Shown: positions 38,914 to 49,033, counted from the whole stretch's first letter. The stretch is 63,457 nucleotides of DNA, filler included, from Nitrospinota bacterium (GCA_030620925.1; 15 parts of 15 records of this genome joined end to end with filler, not necessarily neighbours in it); one strand, 5' to 3'. Numbers and translations are program-made. The notes: generated by a model not told the origin, from the letters alone.

Positions 38914-40659
38914 CTACAGTACTTTTTTAAGGTAAGTTACCGCGGGGTCCGTGTTCAGCTCCTCGAGCACATGGTATCCGCGCTCATCCTTGGAGAGACG
39001 GGATACCTTGCTGTTCTTGTCTTTCTTGTCCCCGAAGGTTATGGCTCCCGTGGGACACGTCTGAGCGCAGGCGGGAATGATCTCCCCGTCCCGGAGGTCT
39101 CGGCCCTCGTCTTTGGCCTTGTTCTTGCCCTCCGCTATGCGCTGCACGCAGAAGGTGCATTTTTCCATCACACCGTTGGTGCGCACTGTCACGTCCGGGT
39201 TGAGCTGCCAGTTGCTGGGCTCCGGCCATTCCCAGTCGAACCAGTTGAACCGCCTCACCTTGTAAGGACAGTTGTTTGCGCAGTAGCGCGTGCCCACGCA
39301 GCGATTGTAAATCTGCGCGTTCAAACCCTCCGACGTATGATACGCAGCGTAGACGGGACACACCGGTTCACAGGGTGCTTTATCACAATGCTGGCAAAGC
39401 ATGGGAATGAAATAGACCCGGCCGGGGCCTTCGCCTTCCTCTTCAAAATAGTTCTGGATGCTGATCCAGGCCATCTCCCTGCCCGCCAGAACCTGTTTCC
39501 GGCCTACGATTCCCAGGTTGTTCTCGGCGTAGCAGGCCACGGAACATGCTCCGCAGCCGGTGCATTTCTGAAGGTCGATAACCATCCCCCAGCGATGCTC
39601 CGGGTGTGGATGGTGTTTGTAGAAGCCTGTCCTGCCCGGAAGCCTCAGGGGTTCGTATTTCTTCTTCTCGTGGACCAGCTTGTAAGCTGCCCCCATCACC
39701 ACCTGCACTATCTCCCTGCCCAGTTGCAGTTTGTTTCCCCTGGTGGAGGCCAATTTATGGCGCTTTCTTATCCTGGCCAGCTTCACTTCCGCAGCCGACC
39801 ACTGGAGACCACCGGTTACATCGTCAGGTTCTCCCGGCAGGATATTCAGGGGGTTTGCGCCTACCCCGCTGGCATAGCGGCCGAAGTCGCTGTGCCCCTG
39901 CCCGAGCGGCATGGCGATTATCCCTTCCGGCGTCCCTTCATAGAGGAGGGCCGGGGCCTCGATGCGCCCCTCCCCTGTCTCCAGGGCCACCACGTCGCCT
40001 TGCCTGATCCTGAACTCCCTGGCGGTTTCCGGGTTCAGTTCCACCCAGGAATCCCACACCACTTTATGCAGCGAGTCGGGGAGCTCCTGAAGCCAGGGCC
40101 TGTTTGCCCCCCGCCCGTCCGAGAGCGGGCCGGGAAAAGTGATCAACCGGTAAGAGCCGTTGTGTTCAGCCTCATTCTCCGGGACATCTACCCTGTATCG
40201 GTAAAGCCCGCTCGAGAGGGATACATCGACTCCCTCCCCCTCTTGCCAGACGCCTCCCCGCCTCAAAGAAGCCTCCCAGAAACTGCGGGAATCGGCTCCG
40301 TTCCCGTATTCTTCCCTGAGCCCTTCCCAGTGCTCTTTCAGGTATCCGTGGAAGTTTTTCCAGGGGAACCTCTTTGCCGTCTTATCGTCCATGCTCCGGC
40401 TCAAGGATAATATCGTATCGCCCAGGGACCTGCCGCCGAAAAGGGGTCTCATGGCGGGCTGCATGAGGCCCACCACACCCTTCCTCGGTGAGTAGTCCCC
40501 CCACTCTTCCAGTGGCGTGGCGGCGGGCAAGACCATGTCCGCCAGGGCGGCTGTTTCGTCCTGAAAGCTGGACATGGCGACCTTGAAGGGGACATTGCCC
40601 ATGGCCTCTTTAAACCCCGAAGCCTGTGGCAGGTTATAAGCGGGGTTCACGCCGCTAAA
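38914..40659 (-). CDS. actB: Alternative complex III subunit B (molybdopterin-like + Fe-S fusion), 5' truncated
   Basis: 'NRPWLQELPD', then CTGCGACSVAC, CQHCDKAPCEPVCP, CVGTRYCANNCP, CTFCVQR...CP. Confidence 0.9.
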   Translation of the reverse strand, partial: FSGVNPAYNLPQASGFKEAMGNVPFKVAMSSFQDETAALADMVLPAATPLEEWGDYSPRKGVVGLMQPAMRPLFGGRSLGDTILSLSRSMDDKTAKRFPWKNFHGYLKEHWEGLREEYGNGADSRSFWEASLRRGGVWQEGEGVDVSLSSGLYRYRVDVPENEAEHNGSYRLITFPGPLSDGRGANRPWLQELPDSLHKVVWDSWVELNPETAREFRIRQGDVVALETGEGRIEAPALLYEGTPEGIIAMPLGQGHSDFGRYASGVGANPLNILPGEPDDVTGGLQWSAAEVKLARIRKRHKLASTRGNKLQLGREIVQVVMGAAYKLVHEKKKYEPLRLPGRTGFYKHHPHPEHRWGMVIDLQKCTGCGACSVACYAENNLGIVGRKQVLAGREMAWISIQNYFEEEGEGPGRVYFIPMLCQHCDKAPCEPVCPVYAAYHTSEGLNAQIYNRCVGTRYCANNCPYKVRRFNWFDWEWPEPSNWQLNPDVTVRTNGVMEKCTFCVQRIAEGKNKAKDEGRDLRDGEIIPACAQTCPTGAITFGDKKDKNSKVSRLSKDERGYHVLEELNTDPAVTYLKKVL

Positions 40660-40759
40660 NNNNNNNNNNNNNNNNNNNNNNNNNNNNNNNNNNNNNNNNN
40701 NNNTTAATTAATTAANNNNNNNNNNNNNNNNNNNNNNNNNNNNNNNNNNNNNNNNNNNN

Positions 40760-43042
40760 GACGGCAGGGTGGTAAAAATAGAAGGCAATCCCATGCACCC
40801 CATCAACGAAGGAACCATCTGTATGAAGGGGCACGCGGGCCTTCAGCTACTTTATCACCCGGAACGCATTAAGGGACCACTTAAAAGAGCAGGCGAGAAA
40901 GGGGCAGGTCAGTGGGAACCCATAGAATGGGAAGAAGCCATCCAGATGGTAGCCGAAAACCTGACCAGCCTGAGGGAAAAGAAGCAATCGCATACCGTCG
41001 CCGTTCTGGGAGGCGATTATAGGGGTCTTCGCCATCATCTCTGGGATCGTTTCACAAAGGCTTACGGTACACCCAACTATATCCGTCTACGAAATTCGCG
41101 TATGGAGGAGAGCGCCCTTACCCATGAGCTGATGCAGGGCGTCTCCAAGCCTCTTGGGTACGACTTCTTCAATGCTCGCCTGGTGCTTTCCTTTGGCTGC
41201 AACTGGTTGGAAACCTGGAATTCGCCGGTATATCAATTCCGCGCCTACGGACACCTCAGGGAAGGAATAGAAGGCCACAAACCGAAGATTTTCCAAGTGG
41301 ATTCCAGATATTCGGTTACCGCCGCCAAGGCGGACCAGTGGATACCCATCAATCCCGGCAAGGATGCCGTGCTGGCTATGGGTTTAGCACATGTCATCAT
41401 TAAAGAGAGCCTTTACGATCAAAGTTTCGTAGAGAAGCATTGCTTCGGTTTTAAAGATTGGCAGGATAGCTCCGGGGAACGCCACACGGGATATAAGTCT
41501 ACAGTTTTGAAAGATTACGACCCGTTGACTGTTGCCAGGATCACCGGCGTCCCCCCAAGAATTATCTTCAACCTTGCCAGAGAGCTGGCAAAAACGAAGC
41601 CCGCCCTCGTCCTGGGGGAGAAGGCTACCTCCTTCGGAAGTGGGGATATTTACACTCGTATGGCTATACACAGCCTCAATGCATTGACCGGAAACATTGG
41701 AGATTCCGGAGTGCTGACCGTTCAGGGAGGGGTTCCGCTGAGTGGATTGAAACCGCTTCCTAAAGACCCCGTCAGCCAACAGTCGCTCTCTAAACCGCGT
41801 ATCGACGAGGCTGGGAAGGGGCGATTCTTTATGACCGACAACATCGCTCTCAACCTGCCCCGAAATATTTCTAAAAAGAACCCCTACCCTTTAAATTTGC
41901 TGTTTCTCTTCCGTTCCAACCCTGTCCATAGCGCTCCGAATGGAGAAGCCTTCGCCAAAGCCCTGACGAAGATACCTCTTGTGGTAAGTTTTTCCTCTTT
42001 CATGGATGAAAGCACGCAATACGCCGATCTCATCCTGCCGGACCAGTTTTCTCTAGAGCGCTGGCAGGACGACATTGTCACCCATCTCTCAGGGTTCAGC
42101 CTTTTCAGCATCGGCAGGCCGGTAGTCCCCCCCGTGGTAAATTCCAGGAACGCCATGGAAGTATTGTTCGATATTGCCCACAGGCTGGACGATAAAATTT
42201 CAGCAGCTTTCCCGTGGAATAAATACGAAGACCTTCTTCGTGAAAGCTGCTCAGGCCTATTCAACGCCGGTCGTGGATACATCGTCTCATCCCCCCGTGA
42301 AGAGGCTTTCCGTAAGGTACTGGAAAGACAGGGCTATCGAATTCCTGAACACAAATCTTTTGCCGGTTTCTGGGAGGGGTTGATGATGGCTGGAGCCTGG
42401 TGGGACCCCTCGGACTCTTACAGAGGAGTCAGAGATTTATTGGGCGGCCCCAACAGGACGTTCGATTTTTATTCCAGAAGTTTGAAGGAGAAAATCGAGG
42501 GACAGGCTCGCAAGATTGCCCGGGGAGCTGCGATATCGCCTGAGGAGGCGCAGACCAGCCTCACGAAAATAATGAATCTTAAGGGGAGCGGAGACCTTAT
42601 TTTCCTCCCCCATGATGAATCGGACGAACGCGACAGCAACGAGAAATACCCATTTTATCTCAACGCCTACAATTTACATTCACTGACCGATGGAAGCGGA
42701 GCAAATCAACCCTGGCTTCAGGAAAACCTGGCCATCCACGCCGATGGTAACTGGGGCAGTTGGGCGGAGATCAACCCTCATACAGCAGAGGAATTGGGAA
42801 TCGGAGACGGGGATTGGATTTGGTTGGAATCCCCAAGAGGCAAAATTAAAGTTCGAGCTAAATTATATGTGGGGGCCATGCCCGAGGTGGTTAATGTTCC
42901 ACTGGGGCAAGGCCATACCGCTTACGGCCGCTGGGCGGAAGGTCGCGGCTCTAACGCCAACCAGATCCTGACGGATGACCTGGATTCGTTAACCGGCCTG
43001 CCCCTGGCCAATCAGACCAGGATTAATATTCGTAAGGCATAG
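40760..43042 (+). CDS. Molybdopterin oxidoreductase-like subunit (QrcB/ActB1-like), 5' truncated
   Basis: 'KIEGNP.HP.N.GTICMKG', 'TAAKADQWIPINPG', 'ADLILP', C-terminal 'EINP.TA.ELGI.DGD'. Confidence 0.85.
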   Translation, partial: DGRVVKIEGNPMHPINEGTICMKGHAGLQLLYHPERIKGPLKRAGEKGAGQWEPIEWEEAIQMVAENLTSLREKKQSHTVAVLGGDYRGLRHHLWDRFTKAYGTPNYIRLRNSRMEESALTHELMQGVSKPLGYDFFNARLVLSFGCNWLETWNSPVYQFRAYGHLREGIEGHKPKIFQVDSRYSVTAAKADQWIPINPGKDAVLAMGLAHVIIKESLYDQSFVEKHCFGFKDWQDSSGERHTGYKSTVLKDYDPLTVARITGVPPRIIFNLARELAKTKPALVLGEKATSFGSGDIYTRMAIHSLNALTGNIGDSGVLTVQGGVPLSGLKPLPKDPVSQQSLSKPRIDEAGKGRFFMTDNIALNLPRNISKKNPYPLNLLFLFRSNPVHSAPNGEAFAKALTKIPLVVSFSSFMDESTQYADLILPDQFSLERWQDDIVTHLSGFSLFSIGRPVVPPVVNSRNAMEVLFDIAHRLDDKISAAFPWNKYEDLLRESCSGLFNAGRGYIVSSPREEAFRKVLERQGYRIPEHKSFAGFWEGLMMAGAWWDPSDSYRGVRDLLGGPNRTFDFYSRSLKEKIEGQARKIARGAAISPEEAQTSLTKIMNLKGSGDLIFLPHDESDERDSNEKYPFYLNAYNLHSLTDGSGANQPWLQENLAIHADGNWGSWAEINPHTAEELGIGDGDWIWLESPRGKIKVRAKLYVGAMPEVVNVPLGQGHTAYGRWAEGRGSNANQILTDDLDSLTGLPLANQTRINIRKA

Positions 43043-43055
43043 AAAGGGAGCAAAG

Positions 43056-43751
43056 ATGCCTAGATGGGGAATGGCGATTGACCTAAATAAATGTACGGCA
43101 TGCCAGGCGTGCGTCATAGCATGTAAAGCCGAGAACAACATCCCTTTCGTGGGGCCCGAGGAAACGGCCAAAGGGCGCGATATAACGTGGATGGAGCTGA
43201 TTTCTGTGCATGAGGGACACTACCCGGATGCGAAAATAAAGTTCTTCCCTCGCCCCTGTTTTCACTGCGACAAACCTCCATGCACAAAGGTCTGCCCCGT
43301 GCATGCCACATATAAGAACCCTGAGGGGTTGGTTGCACAAATCTTTCAGCGGTGCATAGGCTGTCGCTTCTGTATGGCGGCATGTCCCTACACGGTCAAA
43401 TATTTTAACTGGTACAAGTATGACATCCCTGATGAGATGAAGAACCATTACAATCCGGATGTTTTCGTGAGGCCCGCGGGGGTCGTAGAGAAGTGCACCA
43501 TGTGCCATCATCGTCTGCAGAAGGCCAGAGATAAAGCTCGTGTGGAAGGGAGGAGCTTAAAACCGGGAGAATATATACCCGCATGCGCCGAGACTTGCCC
43601 CAGTAATGCAATCATTTTCGGCGACCTGGATAATTCCAGCAGTGAGGTGGCAAGACTCTCCAGGAGCTCCCGGGCTTTCCGCCTGCATGAAGAGCTGGGA
43701 ACTGAACCAAAGGTATTCTATCTGACCGAAGAGGACCGACATGTCATTTGA
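43056..43751 (+). CDS. 4Fe-4S dicluster subunit (QrcC/NrfC/ActB2-like)
   Basis: CTACQACVIAC, CFHCDKPPCTKVCP, CIGCRFCMAACP, CTMC...CAETCP. Confidence 0.92.
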   Translation: MPRWGMAIDLNKCTACQACVIACKAENNIPFVGPEETAKGRDITWMELISVHEGHYPDAKIKFFPRPCFHCDKPPCTKVCPVHATYKNPEGLVAQIFQRCIGCRFCMAACPYTVKYFNWYKYDIPDEMKNHYNPDVFVRPAGVVEKCTMCHHRLQKARDKARVEGRSLKPGEYIPACAETCPSNAIIFGDLDNSSSEVARLSRSSRAFRLHEELGTEPKVFYLTEEDRHVI

Positions 43752-45069
43752 AAACAAGTGGGGACAAGATGAGCGTTTATTCGAGCCCATTGAAAAGACG
43801 GGGTGGGGCTTCCGTGCAACGGTCGCCATTCTGCTGGTTCTCGTCGCCTGGGGTGCCACATCCTATTTCAGACAGGTGAAATATGGACTGGGAGTTACAG
43901 GCATGGCGGAGCCCGTATCCTGGGGGCTGTACATAACCAACTTCGTATTCTTCATCGGGATAAGCCATGCGGGTACCCTCATATCCGCCATACTGCGCCT
44001 CAGTCAGGCCGAGTGGCGACGCCCTATCACTCGCATGGCGGAGGTTATCACTGTCGCCGTCCTCTTTATCGGGGCTGGTTATGTATTGATAGACCTGGGC
44101 CGCCCCGATCGCATGTTAAACGTCCTCCTTTACGGCCGCTATCAATCGCCGCTACTCTGGGATGCCACCAGCATTTCCGCTTACCTGACGGCGAGTACCA
44201 TCTATCTGTATCTCCCCCTTATCCCTGATATAGCTATATTGAGGGATCGGGCCAGAAAGTGGAACTTCATATTTCGCATCCTGTCCTTAGGCTGGCAGGG
44301 TACAGCAAAGCAGCAAAAAGTCCTCAATCGGGCCATCGCCATCATGGCGGTGCTGGTCATACCCATCGCCGTATCGGTCCACACAGTGGTCTCCTTTGTG
44401 TTCTCCATGACGTTGCAGCCCGGTTGGCACAGCACCATCTTCGGACCCTACTTCGTCGTGGGAGCCATATTCTCAGGTATCGCCGTGCTGATAATTGTTA
44501 TGGTCGTCTTCCGTAAGGCTTTCAGGCTTGAAGCCTACCTCAAAGAAATACATTTCAGCAATCTGGGGCTTCTGTTACTGGTCATGTCATTGCTATGGTT
44601 CTACTTCACTTTTGCCGAATACCTGACGGGTTTCTACGGCCACGAACCGGAGGAAATGAGCGTATTCTGGGATAAATTCAGAGGCCAATATGCTCCCCAC
44701 TTCTGGGCCATGGTCACCTTTAACTTTGTGCTGCCTATAATTATTCTCGGTAACCGCAGAACCAGAACCATACTGGGTACTCTCATTGCCTCTATAACCA
44801 TCTCTATCGGAATGTGGATGGAGCGTTTCCTGATAATCGTGCCCACTCTTATGAATCCACGACTGGAGTATTCCCGGGGGTTTTACTTCCCGACTCTTAC
44901 TGAGTGGAGCATCACCATCGCCGGCTTCGCTCTCTTCTTACTGTTCTACGTGGTGTTTACCAAGTTTTTCCCCATTATTTCCGCCTGGGAGGTGAAAGAA
45001 GGGAGGGAGGAAGGCCTGGAAGAAGTTGATCATAGAGTTCGAAGTTATCTCCCTGACTACGGGAATTGA
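43741..45069 (+). CDS. NrfD-family membrane subunit (QrcD/ActC-like)
   Basis: 'NFVFFIGISHAGTLISAIL', 'DLGRPDR', 'SPLLWD', 'VHTVVS', 'PYFVVGAIFSG'. Confidence 0.9.
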   Translation: MSFENKWGQDERLFEPIEKTGWGFRATVAILLVLVAWGATSYFRQVKYGLGVTGMAEPVSWGLYITNFVFFIGISHAGTLISAILRLSQAEWRRPITRMAEVITVAVLFIGAGYVLIDLGRPDRMLNVLLYGRYQSPLLWDATSISAYLTASTIYLYLPLIPDIAILRDRARKWNFIFRILSLGWQGTAKQQKVLNRAIAIMAVLVIPIAVSVHTVVSFVFSMTLQPGWHSTIFGPYFVVGAIFSGIAVLIIVMVVFRKAFRLEAYLKEIHFSNLGLLLLVMSLLWFYFTFAEYLTGFYGHEPEEMSVFWDKFRGQYAPHFWAMVTFNFVLPIIILGNRRTRTILGTLIASITISIGMWMERFLIIVPTLMNPRLEYSRGFYFPTLTEWSITIAGFALFLLFYVVFTKFFPIISAWEVKEGREEGLEEVDHRVRSYLPDYGN

Positions 45070-45142
45070 TAAGAGGTGAGCTAGAAAAAGATAAGTGCTT
45101 CTCGAAAAAAATAAGTAATACGATAGGGAAGAAGGAGTAGAA

Positions 45143-45382
45143 ATGAAATTTCCCACCGGCGATAAGACCGTTTCTATTATTCAATATGTGATATACTTGT
45201 TGTTTTGTCTGTTCGTGGCGGGGATCATCGGTTGGATAGCGCATCTCATCCTCCTCTCCCGGGAGCTGCAAGATGTCCCCTCGGCTTCGATAGGTATATC
45301 CATAGTAGCCATTCCCCTCTTTTCAACCCTCATAGCCATATTCAGCTATGTGTTCTGGGGTATGAAGCGGGGTAAACAATGA
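45143..45382 (+). CDS. Small 2-TM membrane protein
   Basis: RBS AAGGAG, two hydrophobic helices, inside respiratory cluster. Confidence 0.6.
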   Translation: MKFPTGDKTVSIIQYVIYLLFCLFVAGIIGWIAHLILLSRELQDVPSASIGISIVAIPLFSTLIAIFSYVFWGMKRGKQ

Positions 45383-45456
45383 CAGGAAGAGAATTTGGTT
45401 ACACCTCGATAAAATAGAGGTTGTATTACAACTATTTAACTGCATGCGAGGATAAC

Positions 45457-46680
45457 ATGGTTCAAAAGATTTGCCGCAAGATGCTGGTTGTGGTAACCAT
45501 AATGATTTTGTTCGCTTCCATACAATCGTTGGCCAGCGCTCAAATCTCAGAGTATCAGCGAAATCCGCTCAGCGGCAGCCAGGTTTTTTTTCAAAAAGGA
45601 TGCGCCGGTTGCCATTCCATACTCGATGTGGGGGGAAATATAGGGCCGGACCTGGGCAAAGTGGAGTTGAACTATAGTTTTTTCGGCGTTGCCTCCATAA
45701 TGTGGAACCATGCCCCGAATATGCTGAACAAATTCGAGGCATTGGATATCTCCTTTCCCGAGTTATCTTCAGAGGAGATGAATGCGCTGATTACCTTCCT
45801 TTCCTATCTTAACTATATGGAACGGCCAAGCGATCCTGAGCGAGGAAGAGAACTCTTTACCCAGAAGAAATGTGTACGTTGCCACTCGGTGGGAGGAATA
45901 GGCGGTAACGTAGGCCCCGCCCTGGACCGATTCCGCCCCTATCAATCGCCAGTCTTTATTACCACCGCTTTTTGGAACAAGGCGCAAAAAATGGCTGAGT
46001 CCATGCTGGAGATGGGTATAAAACGGCCGGTGTTCGAAGGTAATGAGATAATGGACATTATGGCTTTCATCCGCGAGAACGCAGAGGTTGCCAGAGGAGA
46101 CTACCGGAGGATTTATACACAACCGGGGGACCCCAAAGCGGGCGAAGCTCTCTTGGCGAAAAAGCGCTGTACGCACTGTCACAATATCAACGGAGAGGAA
46201 AAAGGAATCGGCCCCGACCTGGGGAAATCGGACTTGCGCATCAGTTTCACAAAGATTGCGGGCAGGATGTGGAATCATGGCCCTAAAATGTGGAGAGCCA
46301 TGTCAAAAGAAAATATACCCGTTCCTAAATTTTCAGAAACAGAGATGTCCGACGTGCTGTCTTACATATATTTCGCCGCCATACAGGAAAGGGGCGATAA
46401 CCCTTTAAATGGAGAACTCCTTATATTCGAGAAAGGTTGTAACAGTTGCCATCCGATCGCCGGGAAAGGAGGCGACGCTGATTTGGCGCCGGATTTGGCC
46501 GAAATTTCCTCAGAACTGGAACTCAACACGCCAACAAAGGTCATCACCGAGATGTGGAACCACATCCAGTCTATGGGCCTGAGCGTAGAAGAAGTGGGTA
46601 TGGCATGGCCCACCATAGATTCAAGGGAAATGGCTGATATTACTTCCTATATAGTGAGACTTGCAAAGCCAAAGCCTTGA
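45457..46680 (+). CDS. Periplasmic four-domain c-type cytochrome (4 CxxCH)
   Basis: Signal peptide; CAGCH, CVRCH, CTHCH, CNSCH, each followed by [GA]PxL and WN[HK]xxxM; start ATG 45457 after GAGGA. Confidence 0.88.
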   Translation: MVQKICRKMLVVVTIMILFASIQSLASAQISEYQRNPLSGSQVFFQKGCAGCHSILDVGGNIGPDLGKVELNYSFFGVASIMWNHAPNMLNKFEALDISFPELSSEEMNALITFLSYLNYMERPSDPERGRELFTQKKCVRCHSVGGIGGNVGPALDRFRPYQSPVFITTAFWNKAQKMAESMLEMGIKRPVFEGNEIMDIMAFIRENAEVARGDYRRIYTQPGDPKAGEALLAKKRCTHCHNINGEEKGIGPDLGKSDLRISFTKIAGRMWNHGPKMWRAMSKENIPVPKFSETEMSDVLSYIYFAAIQERGDNPLNGELLIFEKGCNSCHPIAGKGGDADLAPDLAEISSELELNTPTKVITEMWNHIQSMGLSVEEVGMAWPTIDSREMADITSYIVRLAKPKP

Positions 46681-46739
46681 TGTAGCTTTAGAGGACGGAA
46701 TTAATGGTACTCAGAACCTTAGGAGGGAGGCAAAACCGA

Positions 46740-47264
46740 GTGAAAAATTCTACAATTATTTTGATGCTAGCTGTCGCTGCGATATTCGCCTTATCAGCGG
46801 GCCCTTTTGCAGGTTCGGGAGATGCGGCAGAGTATGTTGGCATAGCGAAATGCAAGATGTGTCACAACAGCAAGGCAGTGGGAGGAGAGCAGTATAAGGT
46901 ATGGGAAAAGTCGAGACACGCCAATGCTTTGAATACCCTTAAGAAAGAAGGCGAATCCGAAAATCCCAAATGTATAAAGTGCCATACCACCGGTTATGGA
47001 AAGCCCGCCGCGGCTGGAGCAAACCTCGCTAATGTGCAGTGCGAAGCCTGCCATGGTCCGGGAAGCGCTTATAAGTCTATGAAAATAATGAGTAAAAAAG
47101 CTTTCAAGGAGGACCACGCGGCGGCACGCAAGAAAGCAAAGGAAGCGGGGCTGGTCATACCTCCCACAGAGGACGTGTGCCGGGGATGCCACAACGAAGA
47201 AAGCCCTAAGATTAAAGGCTTCGATTTTGCCGCTTACAAAGAGAAGATCAAACATTGGAAATAA
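46740..47264 (+). CDS. Tetraheme cytochrome c554-like protein
   Basis: Signal peptide; 'YVG..KCKMCH', CIKCH, 'VQCEACHGPGS', CRGCH; GTG start after GGAGG. Confidence 0.88.
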   Translation: MKNSTIILMLAVAAIFALSAGPFAGSGDAAEYVGIAKCKMCHNSKAVGGEQYKVWEKSRHANALNTLKKEGESENPKCIKCHTTGYGKPAAAGANLANVQCEACHGPGSAYKSMKIMSKKAFKEDHAAARKKAKEAGLVIPPTEDVCRGCHNEESPKIKGFDFAAYKEKIKHWK

Positions 47265-47605
47265 TCATGATTTGATACTCTATAACCCTCTGGACGCATA
47301 AGGGCTGGTATAGCAAACGGATGAAGCGTTGCTTTGAAAAGATGGTCCAGGCAAGATTTCTGAGAATATTTTATAAAAAGTATTAGAAAGATCCAGGGGC
47401 CTCCGTACCGCTTTTGTATGGTACCCTGCCCCCTCGAAGGCCTCGGCTGGTTTTCGAGGAAGAAAAGATGCCATGAGTATGTGCGGAGGCCGGTTTAATT
47501 AAGGAGGCTCATCGAAGCATATAAAAGGTGCCCTTCTCACTGTATAAGGCTGTAAAGGAGAACAGCCAACTAATTAGTTAATCACTCAAGGAAGGGGACA
47601 ATAAG

Positions 47606-48817
47606 ATGCTTAAACGAAAACTTCTTATAGTCGGTTTGTTCATTTTATTAGCCTTCCCTACTATCCCCCGCTCCATTCTGGCCCAGGAAATCACTCTCCC
47701 CGAAAACCCATTGATGGGAAGAATGCTTTTCTACCAGAAGGGATGTCTCGGGTGCCATTCCGTGCGCGGGGAAGGAGGTAATGTGGGTCCTGACCTGAGT
47801 AATAAGGGCCATAACAGGAGTGTTACTCAAATGGTAGGGACCATGTGGAACCATTTCCCCAAGATGTACCAGAAGATGAGTCAGGAGGGTATCCCCTTTC
47901 CCCGCTTTACGACCGAAGAAATGGCTGAATTGCTCGCCTATATTTATTTTGCAGGTTATTTCGATAAACCGGCTACTACCGCTGACAGGCTCAAAGGGAT
48001 GACACTTTTTAGCGAGAAAGGCTGTAAGAAATGCCACTCTCTGGATGGTGCCGGAGGCGACGTCGGGCCCGACTTGACGGCGTGGGACAGATTCGCTTCA
48101 CCAGTTCTCTGGGCTCAATTAATGTGGAATCATGGGTCCACAATGAGAGACAAAATGATAACAAAAAATATTCCCTGGCCCAAATTCGAGGGTAATGAGA
48201 TGAGGGATCTCGTTGCTTACATATATAGGGCCAACTGGCCTCCAAAGCAGGATGTTTCTTACTCGCTGCCCGGAAACCCGGCCGAAGGGAAGAGGCTTTT
48301 TAATGAGAAAAAATGCGTTCAATGCCACTCAATTTTCGGCACAGGCGGAAAGATCGGCCCATCACTGACCGATAAGCGCTACGACAGGACAGTCACTCAA
48401 CTAATAGGAATAATGTGGAACCATGCCCCAGGTATGTTCGAGAAAATGGAACTGGCAGGCATCCAAAGACCACAGTTCTCAGGCGGAGAAATGTCGGACA
48501 TCGTGTCATTCCTCTTCTTCCTGGGCTATTTTGATCGTCCCGGCAGTGCGGATAATGGGAGAAGGCTTTTCTTCGTCAAAAAATGTGCCCTGTGCCATGG
48601 ATTGCGAGGAGAAGGGGGAAAATTGGGGCCTAACCTGACCAAATACAGTAATATAGAGCAGCCTCTACAACCGGTCCATATCGCTCAGGCCATGTGGAAC
48701 CATGCTCCACTCATGGCCGAAATTATGAAAGCAAGAAACATTGCCTGGCCCCGGCTGGAAGAAAACGATGTGAACGATCTCATGGCATTTATTAGAGGGA
48801 CAGGCAGCAATAACTAA
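47606..48817 (+). CDS. Periplasmic four-domain c-type cytochrome, paralog of 45457
   Basis: CLGCH, CKKCH, CVQCH, CALCH, each with GPxL and MWNHxxxM. Confidence 0.9.
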   Translation: MLKRKLLIVGLFILLAFPTIPRSILAQEITLPENPLMGRMLFYQKGCLGCHSVRGEGGNVGPDLSNKGHNRSVTQMVGTMWNHFPKMYQKMSQEGIPFPRFTTEEMAELLAYIYFAGYFDKPATTADRLKGMTLFSEKGCKKCHSLDGAGGDVGPDLTAWDRFASPVLWAQLMWNHGSTMRDKMITKNIPWPKFEGNEMRDLVAYIYRANWPPKQDVSYSLPGNPAEGKRLFNEKKCVQCHSIFGTGGKIGPSLTDKRYDRTVTQLIGIMWNHAPGMFEKMELAGIQRPQFSGGEMSDIVSFLFFLGYFDRPGSADNGRRLFFVKKCALCHGLRGEGGKLGPNLTKYSNIEQPLQPVHIAQAMWNHAPLMAEIMKARNIAWPRLEENDVNDLMAFIRGTGSNN

Positions 48818-48901
48818 GACCTGTATTGCCGGACAGAAGAAAAAAATCTCAATTTTGATATGAACAGCTTGAGGATGGTCCCGCCAAGTGGAAGGTTTTA
48901 T

Positions 48902-48978
48902 TGGCGGGGCTGACGAGACTTGAACTCGCGACCTCCGGCTTGACAGACCGGCGTTCTAACCAACTGAACTACAGCCCC
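48902..48978 (-). tRNA. tRNA-Asp (GTC)
   Basis: Reverse complement GGGGCTGTAGTTCAGTTGGTTAGAACGCCGGTCTGTCAAGCCGGAGGTCGCGAGTTCAAGTCTCGTCAGCCCCGCCA; cloverleaf with encoded CCA. Confidence 0.98.
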
Positions 48979-49033
48979 ACCGCGGAATTACCAGAGTGGT
49001 ATTTAAAGTAATCGGTTTAAAATTACAGGACTT

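Noticed and set aside
38872..40410. Long antisense ORFs (512 aa here; also 29018-30025, 56345-57307, 57304-58299, 62155-63063)
   Set aside because: Shadows of well-supported genes on the opposite strand in GC-rich DNA; no recognisable motifs.
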